Shown in pieces: positions 36,623-46,309 of a stretch of DNA of 64,000 nt. The stretch is from Candidatus Adamsella avium. Lineage in GTDB: Bacteria; Cyanobacteriota; Vampirovibrionia; Gastranaerophilales; CAJFVJ01. Location: contig CAJFVJ010000001.1 of assembly GCA_904420445.1 (NCBI GenBank), forward strand, positions 641,266 through 705,265. Direction: 5' to 3'. The position numbers and the translations under genes are program-made. The notes under the pieces were generated by a model. It ran no database searches and was not told the DNA's origin. It saw only the letters and a list, made by a program, of their open reading frames with translations. How positions within the stretch are numbered: the stretch's first letter is position 1; every line of letters starts with the position of its first letter.

Positions 36623-37462
36623 TCAGTCTTTCAGAGCTCCCTGAGCCTGTCCTTTGATGAAATATTTTTGAAGTGAGAGGAAAAAGGCGAGAATGGGGAT
36701 GATAGAGATTATTGCGCCCGCTGCAATATATCTCCAGTTTGCACTGAACATGCTCTGCAGGTTGTTTATTCCTACGGGAAGGGTGTACATGGATTGTTTT
36801 GTCAGCACGATACTCGGCCATAAGAACTCTCCCCAGCTTCCGACAAATGTGAACACTGCAAGCGTAGCAAGTGCAGGAGTGCAGAGAGGAATGATTATTT
36901 TCCACCATATTTGAAAAACGTTGCATCCGTCAATCAGTGCTGATTCTTCAAGCTCTTTCGGGATAGAGAGAAATGCCTGCCGCATGAGAAATATCCCGAA
37001 GGCATTAACGGCAAAAGGAAGAATAAGTCCCGCATACCCTCCGAAAGTTGACGTTGAGTCAACGAGGTTGAGTTTCAGAACAAGGAGATAAACAGGTATC
37101 ATAATTACCTGAAACGGCACCATTATTGTTGCGAGAATTGCGTAGAAAATGATTGTCTTGCCTCGAAAATTCATTCTTGCAAGGGGATATGCAGCAAGGG
37201 CAGAAAATATAAGATTTAAAATTACCGTGATGAATGCCACTATAAAACTATTTGCGATATAAGCAAGAAACGGCACCTGTTTCCACACCCCTGAAAAGTT
37301 TTCGAGGGTGAATGTTTGAGGTATAAACTGGGGAGGGTAGGCAAAGATGTTCTCATCAGGAGATTTCAATGCAGTAGATAGCAACCATAGAAATGGAATC
37401 AAAGAAACAAAAGACATGAACAAAAGGAAGATATGCGCTGATAGCTTTTGTTTATTGAACAT
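36623..37462 (-). CDS. Carbohydrate ABC transporter permease (MalG-like)
   Basis: The EAA-loop region reads IPKELEESALIDGCNVFQIWWKIIIPL. Confidence 0.85.
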   Translation of the reverse strand: MFNKQKLSAHIFLLFMSFVSLIPFLWLLSTALKSPDENIFAYPPQFIPQTFTLENFSGVWKQVPFLAYIANSFIVAFITVILNLIFSALAAYPLARMNFRGKTIIFYAILATIMVPFQVIMIPVYLLVLKLNLVDSTSTFGGYAGLILPFAVNAFGIFLMRQAFLSIPKELEESALIDGCNVFQIWWKIIIPLCTPALATLAVFTFVGSWGEFLWPSIVLTKQSMYTLPVGINNLQSMFSANWRYIAAGAIISIIPILAFFLSLQKYFIKGQAQGALKD

Positions 37463-38336
37463 CAGGTCCTCCTTTTTCGAAGCATTTTATGTTTAACACA
37501 GAGATTATCATGGCTATAATCAACAGGATGACTCCTCCTGCTGAAGCAAGACCGAGGTTGAGGTTTTCGAATGCTTCTTTATAAACATAGTAGACAATTG
37601 TCGAGGTTGAGTCCATCGGCCCCCCTTTTGTCATAACATAGACTTCGGTGAAGACTTTTAGCGCAGAGATAGAACTCATTGTTGCAACAAGTGTTATCGC
37701 AGGCCAGAGATAAGGAATTGTAATCTTTATGTGTTTTTGGAAGGTGTTTGCCCCGTCTATATCAGCTGCCTCATAAAGAGAATCAGGTATGGTCAGGAGT
37801 GTTGCGAGGTAGATTATGGCATAGTACCCGAGACCTTTCCATATTGTGAGTGCTATAACAGAGAACAATGCCACATTAGGGTCGGTCAGCCATCCGATTT
37901 TGTCGATACCGAGTATTCCGAAGAAGTAGTTCAGCAGTCCATCGTTTGCATACAGCCATTTGAAAGCAATAGCGGCAACAACGATAGAAACAACGGCGGG
38001 AATATATAGAATAACCCTGTAGATGCTGATGCCTCTTATTTTTTGGTTTATTGCGATTGCGATAATTATCGGGAATATTACAAGTATCGGTACGGCAATG
38101 AGCATATAGAGGAAGGTGTTGATTAGGACTTTGAAAAATGATTGAGAGTGAAAAATTTTGGAATAATTCTCAACACCGCAGAAAACAGGTGAGTAGAGGT
38201 TTGTGTCAAAAGACTGGAAACTCAGGAGCAGTGTTTGAAAGAACGGGTAGAAGAAAAATAATATCAGCAGCACTGCAGCCGGAGCCAGAAACAAATATGG
38301 CGTGAGTTTGTGTCTGTAGTTATCGATAGACATCAT
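37452..38336 (-). CDS. Carbohydrate ABC transporter permease (MalF-like)
   Basis: The EAA-loop region reads IPDSLYEAADIDGANTFQKHIKITIPY. The gene overlaps the downstream permease by 11 nt. Confidence 0.85.
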   Translation of the reverse strand: MMSIDNYRHKLTPYLFLAPAAVLLILFFFYPFFQTLLLSFQSFDTNLYSPVFCGVENYSKIFHSQSFFKVLINTFLYMLIAVPILVIFPIIIAIAINQKIRGISIYRVILYIPAVVSIVVAAIAFKWLYANDGLLNYFFGILGIDKIGWLTDPNVALFSVIALTIWKGLGYYAIIYLATLLTIPDSLYEAADIDGANTFQKHIKITIPYLWPAITLVATMSSISALKVFTEVYVMTKGGPMDSTSTIVYYVYKEAFENLNLGLASAGGVILLIIAMIISVLNIKCFEKGGPDVQ

Positions 38337-38366
38337 TAATCCTTTTTACGATGAGTTTATTATACT

Positions 38367-38533
38367 AAAAAAAAATGGAATTTATATAGCAAATTCCGCC
38401 CAAATTTTTCAAAACAACGTCATACTGAGCGTTAGCGAAGTATCTAAACAAAAAGGATTCTTCAGGCTAGGGCACTAAGGATGACGGACTTTTAATAGTG
38501 TCTGTGGAATTTGTTATATAAATCCCAAAAAAA
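38367..38533. repeat. Inverted pair of a ~78-nt intergenic repeat unit (MITE/REP-like long palindrome)
   Basis: The left arm is aaaaaaaaatggaatttatatagcaaattcc...cgtcatactgagcgttagcgaagtatc. The right arm is its imperfect reverse complement, gattcttcaggctagggcactaaggatgacgg...ggaatttgttatataaatcccaaaaaaa. Confidence 0.6.
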
Positions 38534-38638
38534 TGTAAATGTTTTGTTATCTTTAGGTTAGTTTTTCCGTTTTTTAAGTTATTATAGTTATGTATAAACT
38601 CCGAAGATGTGGAGAGTAGCATTTAGGGATGGAAACTT

Positions 38639-39124
38639 ATGGACTCATCAAAAAGTATAAGTATTTATTCGGATAAAAATTTGAGCGGAGCACCTGAGAT
38701 AAATTCAGAGCAGTTTGATAACATCAACACTTTGAGTACTTCTTCCATGCTTGCAAGAAGCGGTGTTCCAGAGTCACACAGATTGGCTGCGGACAGTTAT
38801 ATGATTATCAAAAAAGTTTTCGGTTTTCCTGCCGTACAGTCAAAAATCAGTTTTGAAGAGCGTAAGTTTTTATCAAAGTATGATTTCAATTTGCTTGAAT
38901 ATTCGACAATAAAACAAATTAACGAAGAATTATCTTTCTTGAAAAAATGGAGTTATTCCCGTGATAAGAGCCTTCGTGATGCGTCTGACAGAATTATTCA
39001 AATTCGTACTAAAGAGCTGAAATATATCGTTGCTTCGAGATATGTAAGTATTACAAGCGATGTTTACAATGGTTATAGAGCTCTTGAGAAATATTTTGAG
39101 TCTATTTCCAAGTATTCAAAATAA
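38639..39124 (+). CDS. Hypothetical protein
   Basis: A 161-aa ORF has an AGGGATGGA upstream and a terminator directly after the stop. No family is recognised. Confidence 0.5.
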   Translation: MDSSKSISIYSDKNLSGAPEINSEQFDNINTLSTSSMLARSGVPESHRLAADSYMIIKKVFGFPAVQSKISFEERKFLSKYDFNLLEYSTIKQINEELSFLKKWSYSRDKSLRDASDRIIQIRTKELKYIVASRYVSITSDVYNGYRALEKYFESISKYSK

Positions 39125-39127
39125 AAT

Positions 39128-39154
39128 AAAAGACCTGTTTTTAACAGGTCTTTT
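39128..39154. terminator. Bidirectional terminator between convergent orphan genes
   Basis: aaaagacctgtt-ttta-acaggtctttt. Confidence 0.65.
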
Positions 39155-39556
39155 CTATTGTTTGTCATTGTATGAAGAATAGTTGATTGTGACTCCGGGA
39201 GCCCACTGCATAGCCAGAATGCGTGTTGAGTCTTTCGGGTCAAATTCGACAATTGCTTTGATGTCTTTTGGCTTTTCAGAAATTCTTTCGGGTTTTTGCA
39301 AATCCGGAGTTGCTGTTGCTGAGATTTTGTATCCGTTTGGCAGTTGATTAGCCTTTGATGAAGAAGATAATGCCAAAAATTGCTGCATAATCGGCATGTA
39401 ATCTTCGTTGATGCCAAGATTTTTGGAAATGTCATACAATCCTTGAACAGAGGCTCTGTCTTCTGCCGTATTCATTTCATAAATATTGTTAGCTAACCTT
39501 GTCTTTCCAAAAGATTGACTCAGTGCCAGACTTCTTCCAAACGGGCTAATATACAT
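39155..39556 (-). CDS. Hypothetical protein
   Basis: This 133-aa ORF is preferred over the overlapping 39073..39435 frame because the latter runs through the terminator hairpin. No family is recognised. Confidence 0.5.
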   Translation of the reverse strand: MYISPFGRSLALSQSFGKTRLANNIYEMNTAEDRASVQGLYDISKNLGINEDYMPIMQQFLALSSSSKANQLPNGYKISATATPDLQKPERISEKPKDIKAIVEFDPKDSTRILAMQWAPGVTINYSSYNDKQ

Positions 39557-39660
39557 ATATTTCCCCTAAAAATTTTTACAACAACCTTCTATTTTTATTA
39601 TAGAGTATTTTTTTGAATTATTATATTATTTTTATTATTTTTGTTACAAAAGATTTGATA

Positions 39661-39690
39661 AAAGACAGCCTCTTTATAGAGGCTGTCTTT
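39661..39690 (-). terminator. Terminator downstream of nrdJ
   Basis: aaagacagcctc-tttata-gaggctgtcttt. Confidence 0.65.
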
Positions 39691-39710
39691 AGTTTAGGGC
39701 TTATGAAGTT

Positions 39711-41705
39711 TTATGAACATCCTGAGTGACCGCAGTTCAGGCAGATATAACACCCTTCCGAGTATTTAATCGGCGTTCCGCACTCGGGGCATTTTATTTC
39801 TTTCATCTCGCCTGCTGATTGTGTCGGGATGTCGTCTTTTATCTCTTTTACTTCTATTTTCAGTTTATTTTTGTCTTCTTTTGTTGTTACATTCATCGGT
39901 TGAAGCACTCTGCTGTTGTTTCTGTAGACAGTAATACCCTTCAAACCTGAAGTAAATGCAAGATAGTATGTTTTTTCTATATCTTCTCTTGTTGCCCATT
40001 CATTGAAGTTTACTGTTTTTGAAACGGCATTGTCATTGTGGAACTGGAAAGCTGCCTGCATTTTTACATGCCATTCAGGTGCAACATCGTGAGCAGTGAC
40101 AAATACTTTTTGAAGCTTTTCGGGAATTTCATCTATATTCGAAACAGCACCATGATTATCAGAGATTTTTCTCATTAACTCTGTTGAATAAATACCTGCT
40201 TTTTTACATTTATCTTCAAATATAGGATTAATTTCGATGAGCTCTGTACCATCCATAACATTACGGATGAATACAATTGCAAAAAGCGGTTCTATTCCAC
40301 CTGATGCTCCTGCAATCATACTGATGGTTCCTGTTGGCGCTATACAGGTTGTTGTTGCGTTTCTTATACCATACTGTTTGATTTGTTCATCGAGTTCTTT
40401 CCATTGTTCATCAGAAACCATGCCTGCTGAGTGATGGGCATATTTTTCTGAGAGGAAATTTCTTCCGTCGTATATGCTGTCAGTAAAGTTTTTGAATCTT
40501 CCTCTTTCTTTTGCGAGTGCAACTGATTCAACTTTTGACTGATAGTCGATGAATTCCATTACTTTATATGCGAGGTCAACTCCTTCATCAGAGTTGTACG
40601 CTATATCCAAAGACATAAGCATATCAGCCCAGCCCATTACTCCGAGTCCTATTTTACGGTTATTGTTAACCATTTCAGCTATTTGAGGAAGCGGGTAGTT
40701 GTTGACTGTGATGACATTATCAAGGAAATGGATTGCCAGTTTTGTTGTGTAAGCAAGCTTATCCCAGTCAACTTCGAGAGTTCCATCAGCATTTTCTTTG
40801 AGCATTTTACCAAGGTTAATTGAACCAAGGTTGCACGCTTCATAAGGAAGAAGCGGAACTTCTCCGCAAGGATTTGTTGATTCTATATCTCCTATTTTCG
40901 GAGTCGGGTTATATTTATTTATCTGGTCGATAAAGATAATACCTGGTTCTCCGTTTCTCCATGCATGGTCGACTATGACGTCGAAGACCTGTTTTGCATT
41001 CAGTCTTTTGACAGGTTTCTTTGTTCTCGGGTGGATTAGTTCGTAGTCAGTGTTGTTCATTACTGCATTCATAAACTTATCCGTTACCGCAACTGATATG
41101 TTGAAGTTATTGAGCTTGCTGCCGTCGAACTTTGCGTCGATGAAGTCCAATATATCAGGATGGTCTACTCTAAGAATACCCATATTTGCACCGCGTCTTG
41201 TTCCGCCTTGTTTTACGGCTTCTGTTGCTGCGTTGAAAACTTCCATGAAGGAAACAGGACCTGAGGATACTCCCATTGTTGATCTTACGACATCATTTTT
41301 CGGTCTTAATCTTGAGAAAGAAAACCCTGTTCCCCCTCCGCTTTTGTGAATAAGAGCGGTATTTTTTATTGTTTCGAATATGCTATCAAGAGAGTCATCG
41401 ACTGGAAGAACAAAGCATGCCGAAAGCTGACCGAGTTCTCTGCCTGCATTCATCAGCGTAGGGCTGTTTGGCATAAAGCTTTTATCAGTCATAAAGTTGA
41501 AAAATTTCTCTTTGAGATTTTTTACATCAGCTTCTGTTTTTCCATACTGTAAATCAGCTGCTGCAATTGAATATGCAACTCTGTGGAATAAATCAAGAGG
41601 GGTTTCCGTCGGATTACCGTTGATATCCCTTTTCAGGTATCTTTTTTCAAGTACTTTTATTGCATTGTTGCTAAACTGAGCTAATTCTTTTACATCCGAT
41701 GTCAC
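39711..41705 (-). CDS. nrdJ: Class II (adenosylcobalamin-dependent) ribonucleoside-diphosphate/triphosphate reductase
   Basis: [27 protein letters not shown], the thiyl-loop region NPCGEVPL and the C-terminal Cys-rich tail CPECG...CLNCGHSGC are present. The start was moved to GTG 41705, which has GGGGGAGGAG 7 nt upstream. Confidence 0.88.
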   Translation of the reverse strand: MTSDVKELAQFSNNAIKVLEKRYLKRDINGNPTETPLDLFHRVAYSIAAADLQYGKTEADVKNLKEKFFNFMTDKSFMPNSPTLMNAGRELGQLSACFVLPVDDSLDSIFETIKNTALIHKSGGGTGFSFSRLRPKNDVVRSTMGVSSGPVSFMEVFNAATEAVKQGGTRRGANMGILRVDHPDILDFIDAKFDGSKLNNFNISVAVTDKFMNAVMNNTDYELIHPRTKKPVKRLNAKQVFDVIVDHAWRNGEPGIIFIDQINKYNPTPKIGDIESTNPCGEVPLLPYEACNLGSINLGKMLKENADGTLEVDWDKLAYTTKLAIHFLDNVITVNNYPLPQIAEMVNNNRKIGLGVMGWADMLMSLDIAYNSDEGVDLAYKVMEFIDYQSKVESVALAKERGRFKNFTDSIYDGRNFLSEKYAHHSAGMVSDEQWKELDEQIKQYGIRNATTTCIAPTGTISMIAGASGGIEPLFAIVFIRNVMDGTELIEINPIFEDKCKKAGIYSTELMRKISDNHGAVSNIDEIPEKLQKVFVTAHDVAPEWHVKMQAAFQFHNDNAVSKTVNFNEWATREDIEKTYYLAFTSGLKGITVYRNNSRVLQPMNVTTKEDKNKLKIEVKEIKDDIPTQSAGEMKEIKCPECGTPIKYSEGCYICLNCGHSGCS

Positions 41706-41764
41706 GTTGTATCTCCTCCCCCTTACGAAAGCTAAACTATCCCTAAAACATGTTAGAACATGAT

Positions 41765-41780
41765 AAGCAAATATTTGCTT
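41765..41780. promoter_or_regulatory. Perfect 16-bp palindrome in the nrdJ leader (candidate operator)
   Basis: AAGCAAATATTTGCTT lies 60 nt upstream of the proposed GTG start. Confidence 0.3.
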
Positions 41781-42152
41781 TTTGTACATATCTTATTAAG
41801 ATTTGTTGTAGATATTTTTATTTTTTTCAGGTGTTTTGTTTGAAGCTGGCGTTGTTTACTTAACAATATAACAATCTTTAACGTATTTTAACATTCCTTC
41901 AATTCATGAAAAAGCATGCACCATGAGCCTTTTCATGATTGGACATGATGGATATGAATTTAGTATTAAAAAATGTAAAGAATATTTTTTGAAATAAAAA
42001 ATTTGCTCTTCCTCTGTATTGGTGCATGAAAGAGGCTTGAGTTTTGTTTTGTCAAGCCTGTTAAGCGATAGCCCTCACATGTCAAAAAAGTTATTATTCT
42101 AATTGAAATACATTAATACAAAAATATCGGACATATTTGGAACATCTGGGAT

Positions 42153-42677
42153 ATGAAACTATCAGTATTAGGAAGCAGCAATAAAGTAATTGATTTAAAT
42201 GAAAGAAGATTATACAGGGATTTGAGTTTTGGGGTATCAAATCAGGAAGATATAAATGTGCATTCGCTGCATTTTGATAAAGCGTATATTCTGCAAGGAG
42301 AAATTCTTTTATCTCTTGGGCGTTATAACGAAGCCATAAAAGCGTTCAATCTTGCGCTTGAAATAAATCCCATGTCCTCTTCCGCATATAGTTCTCTTGC
42401 TTTTATTTATGATATGAAAAATTCTTCCAAAGAAGCGTTGTTTTTCAATCAAAAAGCTTTTGAAGTTTTTGAACACAGCGGGGAAGACAAGGTCTTTTTA
42501 TTATCACTTTATGACCAGAAGATGTCCATTTTGTCGAAAGAAAATATGCTAGAAGAGATGAAGAAAACAATTTTCTCAGCACAGCAAAATTTATCTCAGG
42601 TTGATTTTGATTATATCGTTGATTGTTACAAGGATTATTTTTCAATAGACTCAAGCAGAAAACTATATGCAATATAA
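42153..42677 (+). CDS. TPR-repeat protein
   Basis: AYILQGEILLSLGRYNEAIKAFNLALEINP and SSAYSSLAFIY...AL.F.QKA are TPR-like. Confidence 0.6.
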   Translation: MKLSVLGSSNKVIDLNERRLYRDLSFGVSNQEDINVHSLHFDKAYILQGEILLSLGRYNEAIKAFNLALEINPMSSSAYSSLAFIYDMKNSSKEALFFNQKAFEVFEHSGEDKVFLLSLYDQKMSILSKENMLEEMKKTIFSAQQNLSQVDFDYIVDCYKDYFSIDSSRKLYAI

Positions 42678-42726
42678 GCATAATTCTGCTTTTTTTTTAA
42701 TTTTCAAAGGTTTAACCGAAGTTTGG

Positions 42727-44655
42727 TTAGACCTTTTTAAGTTCGGCAAGATTTGGATCAAGAAGTCTTCTGCCGCCTTCTTCGAAGTTTATACTCAGAA
42801 GCTTTTTATCTCCGTAAGATATTATTTTTTTGATAACCCCTGTTCCGTACTTTGGATGCAAGACGTTTTCCCCTTCTTTGTATTCAACCCTGTTCACTGA
42901 AGGTGTTGATTTTACGTTGTATATGGGGATGTTATCTTCCATTTGAGGTGTTGTATCATCTTCTTGTTCTGAAGGCGGTTCTACTACTTCCGGATTTGCT
43001 TTGTATATTGTATTTAAATCTTTTTCCTGATCGTCTTCAAAGAGTTCATCATCTTCGTCCTGAAAGTCGTTGTAGTCGAGAATTTCATAGTCATCATTGC
43101 TTATTTCATTTTTGTCTTCAACAACGTTGTCTGATGGGAGTGTGTTTATTTGTCCCTGTGTGCTTAATTGTTGATTTGCCTGGGCGAAATCGTTTTGGAT
43201 TTCTTCAAGAACAGGGTCAGGTTGTTCTTGAGGTGCAGGCAGGTTAAGCTCGCTCAATCTGTCGTTGCTCTGTGCTTGCAGCTGAGGGTCTGATATCGCC
43301 TGAATTTCAGAGAGAATATCTTCTACATTCTCATTTTGATACATAAACTCAGGTGTTTCTGGAGTATCGATTTCATCTAGCAAATCTATAGAGGTATCTT
43401 CCTCATAAACCAAATCTTCCTGAGGTACAGGTATTGATATGGCGTTGTTGTTTGTTGTTGCAACAACTGGAATGTTTTTGGACTGTTCGCCGAAGAAGAT
43501 AAATTCTTTTGTATAAAGTGATTTCAAATACTCTTTGAACATTGCAGGCATGTCGACAATAGTGTTTGTTTTTGAGAATAAAATTAAATTTTGAGCAATG
43601 TTTACTGCAACTTTTGAAAGAGGCGATCTGTAGTTAACAAGAGCAAATACTTTTATGCTAGGTCGTTTGATGAAGAGGAATTGTTTTATGTCTTCATCAA
43701 AGCAGTTTTCGTCAATTTCAAGCAGGATATTTGTATTATCAAGATTTCCAAGAACAAACAAAAGATATTCTTTTTGCCATTCTTTATCGAGTTGGGAGAA
43801 ATCTATTGTTGTAATCAAAGTTTTTGAGAGTTGTTTTTTTAGTTCGAGAATTTCATTCAGGTCATCTGCAAATATGTTTGCCTCTGCATATCTGGCGAGA
43901 GCATTTTTGAATAACAAAAGCTCAGGAGTTTGCGAAGCTTCCTGATCGATGATTGATTTAAATGAGCTAAACGGGATGAAATCCTGTTCTATACTCTTGA
44001 GATAGTCTTTTATTTGATAAATAACATCTTCTACTACGGCTTTTGCTTCAATTGAGGCAGCTTTCATATTTTTTAGATATATGCTGTTGAGGTTTGCTAT
44101 GTTGAGAGGAATTTTGAAATCTTCTGTTGCAACAATTTTTTTTCCTCCGACAACATCGTTGTTGAAATCAAGAATAACAAGTTCTTCGTTTTTTGAAGCA
44201 AACTCAAGTTGAAGCTTTGATATGAAATCTTTTTTGTCTTGAAGACTGTCATATAGAGCAAAAACATTTTTTGTTGAGGACAGACTTATGTTCAAATCAG
44301 TGTCATAGGTCGGGATATAACCAAGGTTGAGAATTCTTCCTTCACTTTTTTCCATAAGCGTTTGGAAAACTTCTTTCCCGACGGGTTTGATTATGCAGTT
44401 TTTTGATGGTATATTCCCGCTCCAAATGCTCCAGGAGGAGTTTTTTTCAGTAAAAACAGCTTTCATTGTTGCGATATATTCACCTTCATTTGAGGTTTCA
44501 ATGTTGACAACCTGAGCGACAATTTTGTTTGTATCAGAGCTGATAAGTTTGAATAATGCGCCTGTTGATACATCATATTTTGAAGGGTTGAAAGATATTT
44601 TGAATTTGTTGTTCAATACAGATAAAAGCTGCATATTTTTCCCTATTTTGCACAA
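42727..44655 (-). CDS. Hypothetical 642-aa protein with acidic Q/E/D/P-rich linker and C-terminal Tudor/SH3-like domain of the PcrA/UvrD-C-terminal type
   Basis: The C-terminus YKEGENVLHPKYGTGVIKKIISYGDKKLLSINFEEGGRRLLDPNLAELKKV follows the G..V.H..(F/Y)G.G.V...V.F...G.K.L pattern. The N-terminal 400 aa are unassigned. Confidence 0.6.
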   Translation of the reverse strand: MCKIGKNMQLLSVLNNKFKISFNPSKYDVSTGALFKLISSDTNKIVAQVVNIETSNEGEYIATMKAVFTEKNSSWSIWSGNIPSKNCIIKPVGKEVFQTLMEKSEGRILNLGYIPTYDTDLNISLSSTKNVFALYDSLQDKKDFISKLQLEFASKNEELVILDFNNDVVGGKKIVATEDFKIPLNIANLNSIYLKNMKAASIEAKAVVEDVIYQIKDYLKSIEQDFIPFSSFKSIIDQEASQTPELLLFKNALARYAEANIFADDLNEILELKKQLSKTLITTIDFSQLDKEWQKEYLLFVLGNLDNTNILLEIDENCFDEDIKQFLFIKRPSIKVFALVNYRSPLSKVAVNIAQNLILFSKTNTIVDMPAMFKEYLKSLYTKEFIFFGEQSKNIPVVATTNNNAISIPVPQEDLVYEEDTSIDLLDEIDTPETPEFMYQNENVEDILSEIQAISDPQLQAQSNDRLSELNLPAPQEQPDPVLEEIQNDFAQANQQLSTQGQINTLPSDNVVEDKNEISNDDYEILDYNDFQDEDDELFEDDQEKDLNTIYKANPEVVEPPSEQEDDTTPQMEDNIPIYNVKSTPSVNRVEYKEGENVLHPKYGTGVIKKIISYGDKKLLSINFEEGGRRLLDPNLAELKKV

Positions 44656-44758
44656 AAGTCTTTTAACTTTAAGTTTTATAATAGCATTAAAATGATTATA
44701 TGTGAAATAAACAATAATTTTGTATAATAATTTTATTACATATCTGAAGGATAAATGA

Positions 44759-46309
44759 ATGACTGTATCTCATATTTTGACGGCGGCACTGCAGGGGTTG
44801 GATGCTCTTGAAGTTGTAGCTGAAGTTGATATGACCAACTCTCTCCCAGGCATCAGCATAGTAGGTTTGCCTGATGCTGCCGTGAACGAGTCAAAAGAGA
44901 GAATACGTTCAGCCATAAAAAACAGCGGTTATAATTTCCCTGTTAAGAAAGTTGTCATAAATCTTGCACCTGCTGATTTGAAAAAAGAGGGAAGCGGGTT
45001 TGATTTACCGATGGCTGTCGGTATACTCGGATGCAGCGGTATTGTTGATGTTGAGAAAACAAAAGGCTTTGCTTTCTGCGGGGAGTTATCTCTAGATGGC
45101 AGGCTGCGTGCCGTGAACGGTATATTGCCGATAGTATCTTCTCTCAAAAACAGAGGAGTTGAGGCAATTGTTTTGCCTGAAGATAATGTAAAAGAAGCAG
45201 CACTTGTATCTGGAATTGATATTTATCCGGCTGAAAAACTTTCTGATGTTGTATCAATGTTTTGTTTTGAGGAGGCAAAGCCTCTTTCACGTTATGAATT
45301 TGATTCAGACAGTTATTTATCTTCTTTGCAAAAAGGACAGATTGAATTTGACTTCAAGGATATAAAAGGTCAGAAAAAGGCGAAAAGGGCATTATTGATT
45401 GCAGCGGCAGGCGGGCATAATATTCTGATGTCAGGTGCTCCGGGGGCTGGGAAGACTCTTCTTTCAAAGTGTTTTTCAGGTATACTTCCGCCTCTTTCAA
45501 TTGATGAGGCTATAGAACTTACGAAGATTTATAGTATATCAGGTTTGATAGACAGGGATAATCCTCTTGTTTCTCAAAGACCGTTCAGGTCTCCTCATCA
45601 TAGTGCATCATCAGCAGGGATAATCGGCGGCGGCTCATCACCAAAGCCCGGTGAAATTACGCTTGCGCACCATGGGGTTTTGTTTTTGGATGAGGTTGTT
45701 GAGTTTCCAAGGAGTGTTCTTGAAGTTTTGCGTCAGCCTCTTGAAGATGGAGTTGTTACCATCTCAAGAGCAATGAACAGCGTAAAATATCCTGCTGATT
45801 TTATTTTGCTTGCGGCGATGAATCCATGTCCGTGCGGTTACTATGGTGATACAAAAAAACAATGCACCTGCTCCGCTTCTCAGGTGCAGAGATATGTAAA
45901 CAGATTATCAGGTCCTCTGCTTGATAGGATTGATCTTCAAATAGATGTTCCTCGCCTGAGCGAAGAGGAGTTATTGGATTATTCATCTTCTCAGGATGAG
46001 TCTTCAGAGAGTATGCGCTTGAAGGTAATCTCAGCAAGAGATAGGCAAAAACAGCGATTCAAAAATTCAGGTATCAGAACAAATTCTCAGATGAACATAA
46101 GGCTTATAAAAAAATACTGCAAACTTGATGAGAGATGTGAAGGCATGATGAGAAGTGCTATATCGCATTATAATCTTTCAGGCAGGGCATTTGACCGTAT
46201 TTTGAAACTATCAAGAACCATAGCAGATTTGGCGGGTGCTGAAGATATATCTTTCGAGCATCTTGCAGAAGCTCTGCAATACAGGACTTTTTCAAACAAT
46301 ATATTCTAG
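44759..46309 (+). CDS. comM: Mg-chelatase-like AAA+ protein YifB/ComM
   Basis: It has an N-terminal Lon-protease-like region, MSGAPGAGKTLL, VLFLDEVVEF and a Cys cluster NPCPCGYYGD...CTC. Confidence 0.88.
   Translation: MTVSHILTAALQGLDALEVVAEVDMTNSLPGISIVGLPDAAVNESKERIRSAIKNSGYNFPVKKVVINLAPADLKKEGSGFDLPMAVGILGCSGIVDVEKTKGFAFCGELSLDGRLRAVNGILPIVSSLKNRGVEAIVLPEDNVKEAALVSGIDIYPAEKLSDVVSMFCFEEAKPLSRYEFDSDSYLSSLQKGQIEFDFKDIKGQKKAKRALLIAAAGGHNILMSGAPGAGKTLLSKCFSGILPPLSIDEAIELTKIYSISGLIDRDNPLVSQRPFRSPHHSASSAGIIGGGSSPKPGEITLAHHGVLFLDEVVEFPRSVLEVLRQPLEDGVVTISRAMNSVKYPADFILLAAMNPCPCGYYGDTKKQCTCSASQVQRYVNRLSGPLLDRIDLQIDVPRLSEEELLDYSSSQDESSESMRLKVISARDRQKQRFKNSGIRTNSQMNIRLIKKYCKLDERCEGMMRSAISHYNLSGRAFDRILKLSRTIADLAGAEDISFEHLAEALQYRTFSNNIF

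Noticed and set aside
36543-36926. 127-aa minus-strand ORF overlapping the GT2 3' end and the permease gene
   Set aside because: It is an alternative frame of the well-supported permease and crosses the boundary between two convergent genes.
41706-41789. 28-codon N-terminal extension of nrdJ from ATG 41789
   Set aside because: The ATG has no SD, and the encoded peptide ([28 protein letters not shown]) is not RNR-like. A very strong SD precedes GTG 41705. The region contains a perfect palindrome better explained as a regulatory site.
41790-42152. Cobalamin riboswitch upstream of the B12-dependent reductase
   Set aside because: I could not find a B12 box (GCCACTG-like core) or the conserved GGGAA/GGTG elements on the minus strand. 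B12 riboswitches normally repress B12-independent isozymes rather than nrdJ.
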